Assembly (NCBI GenBank): GCA_038874655.1
Contig: JAVZBY010000004.1
Span: 18,645 to 82,644, forward strand
Reading direction: 5' to 3'
Source: Candidatus Woesearchaeota archaeon
Lineage (GTDB): Archaea > Nanobdellota > Nanobdellia > Woesearchaeales > GW2011-AR15
DNA: 64,000 bases
Part shown: piece by piece, positions 1 through 9,358 of the stretch
How positions within the stretch are numbered: position 1 is the stretch's first letter
How the letters are laid out: each line of letters starts with the position of its first letter
Program-made: the position numbers and the translations under genes
The notes under the pieces: model-generated
Seen by the model: the letters and a program-made list of their open reading frames with translations, nothing else
What the model was told of the DNA's origin: nothing
Databases searched by the model: none

Positions 1-430
1 CAAAAGGCTTTTCTTGTCTTTGTTCTATTATTTCCCACATATGTTTTTTTCCTAAGCCAGGTAATAATTCTAAAACATGCATTCTTGTTGTAATTGGCTG
101 GCTTTTATTAATAAAATCCACAAATCTCTTTTCATTTTTCATAACTAAATCATTTACAACAAATTCTAATTCTGCTCTTGCTGTTGCTGTTAATTTACTA
201 GGATTTAGTCTACCATTTATATGATGAATCAAATCTCTTTTTCCTTCACCTATATAAATTTCTTGATGAATATTTAAAACAACATCTTTTTTTGGAACTA
301 ATTCTAACAATGTGAAATTATTAACTCCAATTGCTTGCACAATTGGTGTTTTTTTAAAACTAGGGCTATTATCAAAAGGATAACCATTTGGCAAAAAATC
401 TAAAACAATTGCTTTTTCTTCTTTATTCAT
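1..430 (-). CDS. DUF655 family putative RNA-binding protein (3' end runs off the window)
   Basis: Manual translation MNKEEKAIVLDFLPNGYP...QAIGVNNFTLLEL...YIGEGKRD...LTTRMHVLELLPGLGKK; conserved position after rpl21e-rpo4. Confidence 0.85.
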   Translation of the reverse strand, partial: MNKEEKAIVLDFLPNGYPFDNSPSFKKTPIVQAIGVNNFTLLELVPKKDVVLNIHQEIYIGEGKRDLIHHINGRLNPSKLTATARAELEFVVNDLVMKNEKRFVDFINKSQPITTRMHVLELLPGLGKKHMWEIIEQRQEKPF

Positions 431-558
431 TTTCATCCCCCATTAAAATATTCTAAAATTTTTTAAAAATTAAACTACATTACTTTTACTAAATATTAAA
501 TCAAAAAAGAATAAACTATTTAAATCTTTTTTTAATTAAACTTATTGAAGCTCTAAAT

Positions 559-906
559 TCAAGCTTTTTTATATTTGTTAATTGCTTCAATAATTTTATC
601 CATATTTTCTTTACTTATTGTTAAAGAATATCCCTGTAAAATAACTTTTAATTCTTCAACACTTCCTGGCAAAACATCTAATATCTTTTTTACAATAACT
701 TCCTTCATTCTAGGAATTTCTAATTTTAAAATTTCTTTTTCTAATTCTTCCGCATCCTTTTCTTTTAAAACAGAGACATTATTAACATATTCTTCTGTTT
801 TTCCTGCTCTTAAAGAAAGCTCAGTATCTCTTTTTTTTATATCTTTTAAGAATTTTTTCAAATCATAAATACTAATTGGCTCTTCAGAAATAACTTTTGG
901 ATTCAT
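559..906 (-). CDS. rpo4: DNA-directed RNA polymerase subunit Rpo4 (RpoF)
   Basis: KILDVLPGSVEELKVIL motif; synteny rpl21e-rpoF-DUF655. Confidence 0.85.
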   Translation of the reverse strand: MNPKVISEEPISIYDLKKFLKDIKKRDTELSLRAGKTEEYVNNVSVLKEKDAEELEKEILKLEIPRMKEVIVKKILDVLPGSVEELKVILQGYSLTISKENMDKIIEAINKYKKA

Positions 907-994
907 CTTTTCACCTTTTAAATAATGAATAATTTAATTATAAATAAAATTTATTAAACCATTCTAAAAATTAAACAAAACTTTCCTAACACTA

Positions 995-1285
995 CTAATT
1001 ACTTCTTACCAAATGAACTGGATGCACTATAATCATTTTATCCTTATTACCATCCTTGATCAAGACATTATAACATTCTCCTTGCTTTCCTGTAATATAA
1101 CCAATTTTACCATGAAATCTTGGATAATACCTTCCTTTATGATAAGAAGGCTCTACCTTTAATACAACTTTGTCCCCTTCTTTAAACTCTTGAAAAAACT
1201 TTCTAATTGAAAGTTTGCCTTTTGATCTATAATCCTTTCTAAATTTTTGTCTTGTTCCTCTTCCAAAACTATGATGATGTTGCAT
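995..1285 (-). CDS. rpl21e: 50S ribosomal protein eL21
   Basis: FKEGDKV...PRFHGKIG...IVHPVHL motifs. Confidence 0.95.
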   Translation of the reverse strand: MQHHHSFGRGTRQKFRKDYRSKGKLSIRKFFQEFKEGDKVVLKVEPSYHKGRYYPRFHGKIGYITGKQGECYNVLIKDGNKDKMIIVHPVHLVRSN

Positions 1286-1336
1286 ATTGCTATGAAAAAA
1301 ACAAATGTTTATAAAGATTACTATAAAACAAACCCT

Positions 1337-1591
1337 TTATTTTCTATAAATAGAAAAAACATTTCCAATTTCACTTACAAGAAGAGCTTTTGATTTTTGC
1401 AATACTTTTTCTATGATTTCTGATTTCTCCATAGGACAATTGTTTAAAATCTTTATTTTTATTAAATGCCTTTTTTTTAAAAGCTTTTCAACCTCATTAT
1501 AAACATTATTACTTAACCCAAATTTACCTATTCTTAAGATTGGTTCTAAATTTTTTGCTTTTTCTCTTAAATATTTTAAATTTTCTTCCAT
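1337..1591 (-). CDS. YhbY/CRM-domain RNA-binding protein
   Basis: LEPILRIGKFGL...LIKIKIL...IGNVFSIYR. Confidence 0.9.
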   Translation of the reverse strand: MEENLKYLREKAKNLEPILRIGKFGLSNNVYNEVEKLLKKRHLIKIKILNNCPMEKSEIIEKVLQKSKALLVSEIGNVFSIYRK

Positions 1592-1651
1592 TTTAAAAAA
1601 ATATATGATAAAATGATTAAAATAAATTATTAAAATATAGTATTTAAAAAA

Positions 1652-2446
1652 TCATTTTCCTATCTTACAACCTTGAGGCAATATTCTAATAATATCATCC
1701 AAACTACCAGAATAATTTAACTTAATTTTTATTTTTTTTGCAATATCCGAAGATTTTTCATTTCCCTGTAAAATCTCTAAAAATGATTTGCAGTTTTTTT
1801 TAATTGATGATTCAGGTGCTATCATTAATTTTCCCTCATACTTTAACTCAATATTCTCGTTCATAATACCAATAAAAATCTTTAAAACAGGTTTTAAAAA
1901 ATTCTTTTTACCATAAATCATAAAAGAACCTCTAGTAATATATTCTCCTGCTTTTGTTTCTTTTGTAACTTGCTCTGGATTAACATAAAAAACTTCTGTC
2001 ATTGTTCTACCTAACTTCCAGGCTTTTGAAAAAACAGCAGTAAAAATCGCTGTTTCTTCTAAGGATAAATCACTTGGTTTTTTGCCATTTGTTTTTAAAA
2101 CAACAAAAGGACTACCTGCCATCTCAGTGTGAAAAACTAAATCAGTTTTTTCAGTATACTTTTTTATAATTAACTCGTTTGTTCCTGCATCTCTACCAGC
2201 AATAACCAAAAAACCTTCACTTGTAAAAAACCACCTAAATTTTTCAAACCATTCTTTTTTAATACTTTTTATTTCTTCTTCTTTTTCTTGCTTTTTTAAT
2301 TCATCCTCTAATAGTTTTAATTTTTTTATTGTTTCTTCTAATGCAAGCTTAGCTCTTTCTGCTTTTTTTCTCTCTATCTTTGCTTGCTCAAAATAATGAG
2401 AAGCATTTTGGTCAATTGTTTTAGTTAAATCTAATGTAATACGCAT
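1652..2446 (-). CDS. NFACT RNA-binding domain protein (DUF814, truncated Rqc2/NEMF-like)
   Basis: WFEKFRWFFTSEGFLVIAGRDAGTNE; FHTEMAGSP; GSFMIYGKKN. Confidence 0.88.
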   Translation of the reverse strand: MRITLDLTKTIDQNASHYFEQAKIERKKAERAKLALEETIKKLKLLEDELKKQEKEEEIKSIKKEWFEKFRWFFTSEGFLVIAGRDAGTNELIIKKYTEKTDLVFHTEMAGSPFVVLKTNGKKPSDLSLEETAIFTAVFSKAWKLGRTMTEVFYVNPEQVTKETKAGEYITRGSFMIYGKKNFLKPVLKIFIGIMNENIELKYEGKLMIAPESSIKKNCKSFLEILQGNEKSSDIAKKIKIKLNYSGSLDDIIRILPQGCKIGK

Positions 2447-2503
2447 AAAATTTCAGAAATAAACTTATTTAATAAATTTGTTGAAATTATATTTATCAAA
2501 GAT

Positions 2504-3280
2504 TCACATAAAAGCATTTTTCATTGCTTCATTACATATACAATGCTTTTTATCGTCTATCAAAGGAATAACTTCTAAAATCAATTTTCTAACTTTTTCA
2601 ATATTATTTTTCATAACATTAATGACATCTATATTTGATACTGCATGTTCTTTCCAAGCATCATAATCTGTAATCATTGCAATATTTGCATAACAAATTT
2701 CCAATTCTCTAGCTAAGATAACTTCAGGAACTAAAGTCATATTAATTGTATCAGCTCCCCATGATTTAAACAAAAAAGATTCTGCTCTAGTTGAAAATCT
2801 TGGCCCTTCTATGACAACACATGTGCCTTTTTCATGAAAATCATAATTTAATTCCTTTGCTTTATTTATTAAAATACTTCTTAAATAATTGCAAAAAGGA
2901 TCTGCCATAGAAACATGTGCAACTTTTTCTGTTTCATAAAAACTATAATCTCTTTTCTTAGTCATATCAATAAATTGGGTTGTAAAAACAAAATCCCCAG
3001 GTTTTAATTCCTCTTTCAAAGAACCAACAGCATTAACAGAAATTATTTTTTTTACTCCTAATTCTTTAAAAGCCATTAAATTTGCTCTAAAAGGAACTTT
3101 ACTTGGACTAAAAAAATGATTTAAGCCATGTCTTGGTAATATTGCAACTTCTTTTCCTTTTATTTTACCAATTGTAATTAAATCTGATGGTTCTCCATAT
3201 TTGGTTGTAATTTTAACTTTCCTTGGACTTTCTAAAACATTTGGATCATAAACACCTGTTCCACCAATTAAACCTATCAT
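2504..3280 (-). CDS. mtnP: S-methyl-5'-thioadenosine phosphorylase
   Basis: IGLIGGTG, LPRHG, EGPRFSTRAES, MTLVPE, TDYDAW motifs. Confidence 0.93.
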   Translation of the reverse strand: MIGLIGGTGVYDPNVLESPRKVKITTKYGEPSDLITIGKIKGKEVAILPRHGLNHFFSPSKVPFRANLMAFKELGVKKIISVNAVGSLKEELKPGDFVFTTQFIDMTKKRDYSFYETEKVAHVSMADPFCNYLRSILINKAKELNYDFHEKGTCVVIEGPRFSTRAESFLFKSWGADTINMTLVPEVILARELEICYANIAMITDYDAWKEHAVSNIDVINVMKNNIEKVRKLILEVIPLIDDKKHCICNEAMKNAFM

Positions 3281-3448
3281 AATATCACCTTACTAAAATT
3301 TAAAATTTATTTACAACTAAAAAAATATTTCAAAAAATTAGAATGAAGTAATATTTATAATTCTTTTTAGTTAATAAAATTTACTATTATAAAATGAAAA
3401 GGTTTAAAAATAAAAAAAATAATTGATAAAATTAGAGGGGTGTAAAAA

Positions 3449-4876
3449 ATAGAAAATTTTATAGAAATCAAAAAAATTGTTGACCCTAGAATTTCTCTTT
3501 ATGATGATATTAATGTAAGACAATATTGTGTTGCAGATTTTTTGAGAATGCAAGAAAATGTTGATTTATTAGGTTTGGAAGGTTTAGGAAGAATTGCTCT
3601 TTTAGGATTATCAATAAGAGGACATTTACAACAAGGCCATATTGAAGGTGCATTAGGTTTTCTATCTAAAAATTTAAACCTTCTAAAACAATATCCGGAT
3701 TTCAAAAAATTCAAATTTTCTAGCTTTGATGAAAATTTTAAACCACCTTATGCAAATATTACACCTTTTGATATTTTATTTTCCTTATACTCAAACAACA
3801 TAATTCCTTATGAACCAAATCAAATTTTTAAAGAAATGCAAAGGCAAATAGATGAAGTTTTTATGTTTGTTTTAAAATTAGTAGATTCTATTTCAAATTA
3901 TGACAATTATAGAGGACAAAGAATAAAATTTCTTGAAAGCGATGGGAAAACACCTTTGTTTGGGCTAACTGATTTGTTAGAATATGAAATAACTCAACCT
4001 GAACAAGCAATGGCTTTTTTGACATGCTTTGGATGGGGTCTTGGAAAGATGGATTCTTTTGAGCATAGATATAATACAGGATTGCCTTTTGGCGGTGGCA
4101 TTAATCTACCTATTAATTTGGAAAATTTACCAAATGGAAAAAATAATATCTGGCATGATGTCATAACATTAAGCCTAATTCATTTGCCAGAAGAATTAGG
4201 GATAATACAACCACCTAATTTAGAAAAATTAATGAAACTTTTTAATTATAAAATTTTAAAACCACTTCAAGAGATTGGATTAATTCAAAACGAAGCTGTA
4301 CAAGGTCCTAATACTCTAGATGGCTATGTTAGAATATTAAGAGGTCCAGGAAGTGCTGATTTTATGTCATATGTTTTTTCTTGGATCATTTATGGCCCTT
4401 ATGGAGGGTTAGGAATGAGAGTTGCTGATTTTTGGGACACTGCTGAACAAATTTCATCAAAAATCGTCTATGGGGGTCAAGACAACCTAGCATATGAGGA
4501 ATTATTAAAATTACCAAAATTTAAAGAACTAATTGATTCTAATAAACCGTTAGATTTAGCACTTTCAAAATGGTCTTTTGAAGACCCAAAAGCTAGATTT
4601 AAACCAATTGAAAGTTGTAGTGAAAGATATTTTTTGCAGGGATATAATAGTATTAGAGGCCCATTTAATACAATAATCACACAATATAACTTTTTAAAAC
4701 ATTTACCTGAACAATTTAATAGAGGAAGCGTTGAAAGATCAATACCTCAATTCCCTGTTGGTTTTGGAAGAGCTTCCTCCAGAGGCTATTTTGATTATAT
4801 ACTACAAAGACTACATGAATTTAATAACTTAGGGATAATTCCAAATTGGTCATATTTTGCAAAAGTGCTTAATTAA
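3449..4876 (+). CDS. Orphan hypothetical protein (about 475 aa if it starts at ATA 3449; the ORF track starts it at TTG 3542)
   Basis: Frame is open from the in-frame TAA at 3443; SD-like GAGGGGTG lies just before ATA at 3449; no family recognised. Confidence 0.75.
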   Translation: MENFIEIKKIVDPRISLYDDINVRQYCVADFLRMQENVDLLGLEGLGRIALLGLSIRGHLQQGHIEGALGFLSKNLNLLKQYPDFKKFKFSSFDENFKPPYANITPFDILFSLYSNNIIPYEPNQIFKEMQRQIDEVFMFVLKLVDSISNYDNYRGQRIKFLESDGKTPLFGLTDLLEYEITQPEQAMAFLTCFGWGLGKMDSFEHRYNTGLPFGGGINLPINLENLPNGKNNIWHDVITLSLIHLPEELGIIQPPNLEKLMKLFNYKILKPLQEIGLIQNEAVQGPNTLDGYVRILRGPGSADFMSYVFSWIIYGPYGGLGMRVADFWDTAEQISSKIVYGGQDNLAYEELLKLPKFKELIDSNKPLDLALSKWSFEDPKARFKPIESCSERYFLQGYNSIRGPFNTIITQYNFLKHLPEQFNRGSVERSIPQFPVGFGRASSRGYFDYILQRLHEFNNLGIIPNWSYFAKVLN

Positions 4877-4903
4877 AAGAATTTCAAATTAAATATTATT
4901 ATA

Positions 4904-5575
4904 ATGGTAAAAAATTTTACTTATTTAGGAATTGATGAAACAACACTTGGCATAGAAACAGGTTGCATTGTTGTAGCAGCTGAAACTAAAAATCCTGAAT
5001 TAACAAAACCAAACTATTCCTTTTCTTTAAAAAAAGGTAAAGATTATCTTAGAGAAGCTGAAGCATTAGTTGATAATTATATAAACCCAAATAATCTTCC
5101 AAATTTACCTACACCAGAACAAATGATTAGAGTAGGTATGTCTAATTATCATTGGCTTCGTATTAATAATGGAAGATTCAATAGACAAGGAATAGAACAT
5201 GCTGGAGTAGCTCATTTAATCTCTTGTAATGGTTATTCTCCACAAGAATTAGTTGTCTTAATTGATGCTTTTCATGGAAACTTAGAAGAAAGTAAAGAAA
5301 TAATTTTAGAGATACTCAAAAAAAGAGAGTTTTATTTACCAAAACAAAATATAGATTTTTGGTTTTCAGGAGATAAAGCGATTCCAATTATAAATTTTGC
5401 AGATTTATTAGCACTTCAGATTGGTTTATACCTAAATGAAAAATACAGACCTTATTTTCCAGAAAGAAAAAGGTTTCCAATAAAACCACATGAAATTAGT
5501 TATGAGAAAAAAAGAATGCCCCCTATAGATACAAATTCCAGAAAAACGCTTGAAGAAATTTTAAAGAAAAACTAA
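4904..5575 (+). CDS. Divergent RNase HII-like (RNase H fold) nuclease
   Basis: YLGIDE...GCIVVAA, VLIDA and SGDK...ADLLA reproduce the DE-D-D acidic tetrad spacing; GRG and DSK motifs are absent. Confidence 0.6.
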   Translation: MVKNFTYLGIDETTLGIETGCIVVAAETKNPELTKPNYSFSLKKGKDYLREAEALVDNYINPNNLPNLPTPEQMIRVGMSNYHWLRINNGRFNRQGIEHAGVAHLISCNGYSPQELVVLIDAFHGNLEESKEIILEILKKREFYLPKQNIDFWFSGDKAIPIINFADLLALQIGLYLNEKYRPYFPERKRFPIKPHEISYEKKRMPPIDTNSRKTLEEILKKN

Positions 5576-5587
5576 ATTATAAAAAAA

Positions 5588-6193
5588 TTATTTCTTTCCA
5601 ATTTCTTTTTTCGCCTTTTCACTAACAATAGCAGAATTTCCACTAGGATCACTAATAATTAATGTTGCTTTTTCTCTTCCCCATAAAATTCTTTGTATTT
5701 TTTTCAACTGATTTTTTGCCTTTTTTTGAACACTTGGATCATCATCATCTTTTAAATCTTCAATTACTTTTTTAACTCTATTTAATATGCCTTCTACATT
5801 TGTGACATAACCATTTGAAATTGGTCCAGGAGTTATTTCTATTAAATGTGGAATTTTTATAGTTGCTTGACTTGATTTAACCACTCTTATATTTAAATCA
5901 TTTTCTGATTCAATTTCTAAAGTATATTTAACTGGTTTTCCGTCATTATCTGTTTCAACATCAGCCATATGATAATTACAATTTGAGCAATCCATTGAAA
6001 ATAGATAACACTTACCAAAATAGGGAATTTCTCTTTCCATTTCTCTTAATGTCAATGTTTCTTTATGACACATAGGGCATGGTTGATTTTCTAAAACATC
6101 CATTCCCATATTTTCATTTGAAATATTCTTTGTATTTTGAGATTTTTCTAATTCTGAGTTTTCATCATTTTTATCATAATCCTTATTTACCAT
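5588..6193 (-). CDS. ZPR1 zinc-finger protein
   Basis: CPMC...IPYFG...CSNC; TNVEGIL; DPSGNSAI. Confidence 0.93.
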   Translation of the reverse strand: MVNKDYDKNDENSELEKSQNTKNISNENMGMDVLENQPCPMCHKETLTLREMEREIPYFGKCYLFSMDCSNCNYHMADVETDNDGKPVKYTLEIESENDLNIRVVKSSQATIKIPHLIEITPGPISNGYVTNVEGILNRVKKVIEDLKDDDDPSVQKKAKNQLKKIQRILWGREKATLIISDPSGNSAIVSEKAKKEIGKK

Positions 6194-6277
6194 ACCTAAC
6201 CCAAATTAAATCCTATTTTTAAACTTTTTTATTAATCAATCAAAATCTTTTTAAATGTCTGCTAAATTCAAATTGCT

Positions 6278-7003
6278 ATGGCATCAGAAACAGTTCAAGT
6301 CATGGTTGAAGGTGGAAAAGCTACTGCTGCTCCTCCATTAGGGCCTGCATTAGGGCCATTAGGCGTAAACATTGGTCAAGTTGTCTCTGAAATAAACAAA
6401 AAAACACAGGACTTTAAAGGAATGCAAGTCCCTGTTAAGGTTACTGTTGATAGAGACACAAAACAATTTACAATAACTATTGGAACACCTCCTGCTTCTC
6501 AATTAATATTAAAAGAAGCAAAAATCCAAAAAGGAAGTGGAAATCCAAAAACAGAATTAGTTGCAGATTTAAAGATAGAGCAAATAATTAAAATAGCAAA
6601 GATGAAATCTGATTCATTGTTAGGAAAAACATTAAAAGAAAGAGTAAAAGAAATATTAGGAACATGTAGATCTATGGGTATAATGGTAGAAGGCAAATTA
6701 GCAGATGAAACAATAAAAGAAGTTAATGAGGGAAAATATGATGAACAAATAAGATTAGAGAAAACAGAATTATCTGCAGAAGAATTAAGAAAACTAGAAG
6801 AAGAAAAGAAAAAATTACAAGAAGAATTAAAAGCAAGAAGAGAAGAATTCTTAGCAAAAGCAAAACAAATACAAGCACAAATGTCTGGTAAAGACAACAA
6901 AGCAATAAAAACAGCAATGGTTGCAGCAGGAATTCCAAATGAAATAATAAAAGAATTAATCCCTGATGAAAAACCTGCACAAGCTGGAGCTAAGAAAAAA
7001 TAA
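6278..7003 (+). CDS. rpl11: 50S ribosomal protein uL11 with C-terminal extension
   Basis: GGKATAAPPLGPALGPLGVN; GTCRSMGIMVEG. Confidence 0.96.
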   Translation: MASETVQVMVEGGKATAAPPLGPALGPLGVNIGQVVSEINKKTQDFKGMQVPVKVTVDRDTKQFTITIGTPPASQLILKEAKIQKGSGNPKTELVADLKIEQIIKIAKMKSDSLLGKTLKERVKEILGTCRSMGIMVEGKLADETIKEVNEGKYDEQIRLEKTELSAEELRKLEEEKKKLQEELKARREEFLAKAKQIQAQMSGKDNKAIKTAMVAAGIPNEIIKELIPDEKPAQAGAKKK

Positions 7004-7087
7004 AATTAACAACTTTTTTTAATTTTTTTTAACTCATATTATACTTTTAAATTTTTTAAGAAAATAAATTTCAAGAAGATAAAAAAA

Positions 7088-7420
7088 TTACTCATTATAA
7101 ATAAAAACACTTTCTCTCTCTTCACTGGAAATTTGATTAAATCTCATAAGCAAGATATCATAAATAAAAGTTATATGTGTAGAAAAAACTAATTTTAAAA
7201 TCTCTTCATACATGTCTTTTTTATATTCAACTATTATTTTTTCCTCACCATTTTTAAATAAAAAACTTCTAAAAGTTTCGTCTGAGTCTGTTATAGACAA
7301 TAAAAGAATTTTATCAAAGCCTAATGTTTCTAAATATTTATGTGCTTCCTCATACATAGACAACAAAGATTTATTCTCTTTTAAAGATTTAACATAAATC
7401 TGTTTTATTTGTTTTAACAT
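7088..7420 (-). CDS. Hypothetical protein
   Basis: 110-aa ATG ORF with plausible composition. Confidence 0.5.
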   Translation of the reverse strand: MLKQIKQIYVKSLKENKSLLSMYEEAHKYLETLGFDKILLLSITDSDETFRSFLFKNGEEKIIVEYKKDMYEEILKLVFSTHITFIYDILLMRFNQISSEERESVFIYNE

Positions 7421-7605
7421 GATAGTAGTAAATAAATATGGAATATTTAAATCTTTCGTTTTTTACTACTAAATAGTAGTTTAAAAATCTTTGAAAAAAT
7501 AAAAAGGTATTAGAAAAAATTAAATACTTAATATTATGATATATATCAATAAATAAACAATAAATAAATAATATAAAAGATAACATAATTTTTAAGGAGG
7601 TTAAA

Positions 7606-7965
7606 ATGGCAAAATCCCAAAAACATAAAAAAGAAGAAAAAAAAATTGAAGAAAAAAAATCAGAAAATCAAAATCATGCTTTAAATGAACACTTACATTG
7701 TTGTTCTTTAAATCCAAGCAAATTAGGAATTTCTTTTGGTATTTTATTAGCATTAAAAACCTCTGTTTTAGTTATACTTAATTTACTATTTAATGGTTGG
7801 GGTAATGCTATAATCAACTTATTAAGCAATTTATTTTTAGGATATGAAGCCTCCTTAAAAGGTTTAATATTTGGTTTAATTTGGGGATTTTTTGATGGCT
7901 TTGTATTAGGTTATTTATTTGCAATAATCTACAATTTTGTCAGAAAACAAGAATGCTGTAAATAA
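7606..7965 (+). CDS. Small membrane protein of the putative 'bacteriophage holin' family
   Basis: AAGGAGG SD; GWG...LLSNLFLGY...GLIWGFFDGFVLGYLFAIIYN pattern. Confidence 0.65.
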   Translation: MAKSQKHKKEEKKIEEKKSENQNHALNEHLHCCSLNPSKLGISFGILLALKTSVLVILNLLFNGWGNAIINLLSNLFLGYEASLKGLIFGLIWGFFDGFVLGYLFAIIYNFVRKQECCK

Positions 7966-8005
7966 ATAATTTTAAAATTTTTATTTTTTAGTTATTTTAT
8001 CATTT

Positions 8006-8527
8006 TTATTTTATCATAATTCTTAGTTTTGAAAAAAAATTTTTTTTATAAATTATATCAGAAAAAGTCCATTTAAATTCTTTCCAATCATTATTTTCAT
8101 AAACTAACTGCAAATCTGCATAAACACCTTTACTTAAATAAATTCTGTGTGCTCTTTCCTTAAAAGAAGCAAAGACAACAGCATTACTTTTAACATAACC
8201 AACATCTACATTAAATAATCTCTTATCATTGATTAAAAAACTTTTTTCAATATCATAACACATTAATTTTAATTTGGGTAATTTTTCTATACCAAAACTT
8301 CCAAAAAAATCAAAACAAATGTATTTTTTTATTAAATTTTTACCAAATTCCTTCTCATAAAAATTAGTAAAATCAAAATCAAAAAAACCATCTTCTAAAA
8401 TAATATTTCCAAAATTTCTGTTTAAAGTTTCAATTAATAATCGATATTTTTCACTATTTAATAAAAATTTAGAAAACATTATTGAAATAACTAAATTTGC
8501 TTTTGGTTTTTCCTTTGGAACGGACAT
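8006..8527 (-). CDS. DUF4416 family protein
   Basis: FDFTNFYEKEFG; RLFNVDVGY; HRIYLSKGVYADL; FKWTFSD. Confidence 0.85.
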   Translation of the reverse strand: MSVPKEKPKANLVISIMFSKFLLNSEKYRLLIETLNRNFGNIILEDGFFDFDFTNFYEKEFGKNLIKKYICFDFFGSFGIEKLPKLKLMCYDIEKSFLINDKRLFNVDVGYVKSNAVVFASFKERAHRIYLSKGVYADLQLVYENNDWKEFKWTFSDIIYKKNFFSKLRIMIK

Positions 8528-8637
8528 AATATTTTTAGAATATTTAGAAATAAAAAAAATTAACTAATTTTAAAAATCAAAATTTAAAACATAAAAAATG
8601 CTTAAAATAAAAAATAATTCTTATAAATTATATTTCT

Positions 8638-9132
8638 TCAAAATAAATCTTTCTTTTTTTTGAAAGACAAATATAGAATAAAAATTAAGGAGATGGTAAG
8701 ATAAGAATCTGCAAGATTAAAAACTGGCCAAAACCTAAAATCTATAAAATCAACAACATAACCTAAGAAAATTCTATCTATTAAATTACCTAATATACCT
8801 GATAATAAAATTATTAAGGGTATCCTAAAAATATTTTGATTATAATTTAAAGAAAAAAATTTATGTAAAAAAAAAAGAAAAGCCACAATTGAGATTATAA
8901 TAAAAAGTAAATTATTGTTTTTAAACATACCAAAAGAAACACCTGTATTTTCTAAATAAGTTATATTAAAAAATAAAAATTTATGACTCTCACTAATTAA
9001 AAAATTCTTTCTCACTAAATATTTAGAAATCTGGTCTAAAAAAATCAATAAAAAAAATAAAAAAAAATAAAAGAAATGATTTAAATTACACTTAAACCCA
9101 TTCTTTAAAAGCAAAGAATTTTTTTTTTTCAT
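8638..9132 (-). CDS. lspA: Lipoprotein signal peptidase II (bacterial-type)
   Basis: LDQISK, NTGVSFG, GNLIDR, VVDFID and WPVFNLAD catalytic motifs. Confidence 0.92.
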   Translation of the reverse strand: MKKKNSLLLKNGFKCNLNHFFYFFLFFLLIFLDQISKYLVRKNFLISESHKFLFFNITYLENTGVSFGMFKNNNLLFIIISIVAFLFFLHKFFSLNYNQNIFRIPLIILLSGILGNLIDRIFLGYVVDFIDFRFWPVFNLADSYLTISLIFILYLSFKKKKDLF

Positions 9133-9153
9133 GTTATGCCTTTTTCTTAAATT

Positions 9154-9339
9154 TTATTCTTCATTTTCAAACAGACTCATATAGTTTTTAGCTTCGCTTT
9201 CATCATTAAAAACTTTTAGTATCTTTAAATTATCAAAATTAACACAACATTCATCATACTCTAAAAATTCTAGCTTCATTAGAACCATTTTTTTACAATT
9301 TAAACATTTTCCAACATAAAACTTTTCCATACATCTCAC
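9154..9339 (-). CDS. Small Cys-containing hypothetical protein
   Basis: CxxC...CC; co-oriented between the aldolase and lspA. Confidence 0.5.
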   Translation of the reverse strand: MRCMEKFYVGKCLNCKKMVLMKLEFLEYDECCVNFDNLKILKVFNDESEAKNYMSLFENEE

Positions 9340-9358
9340 TTTTTATTTTAATGTAAAT

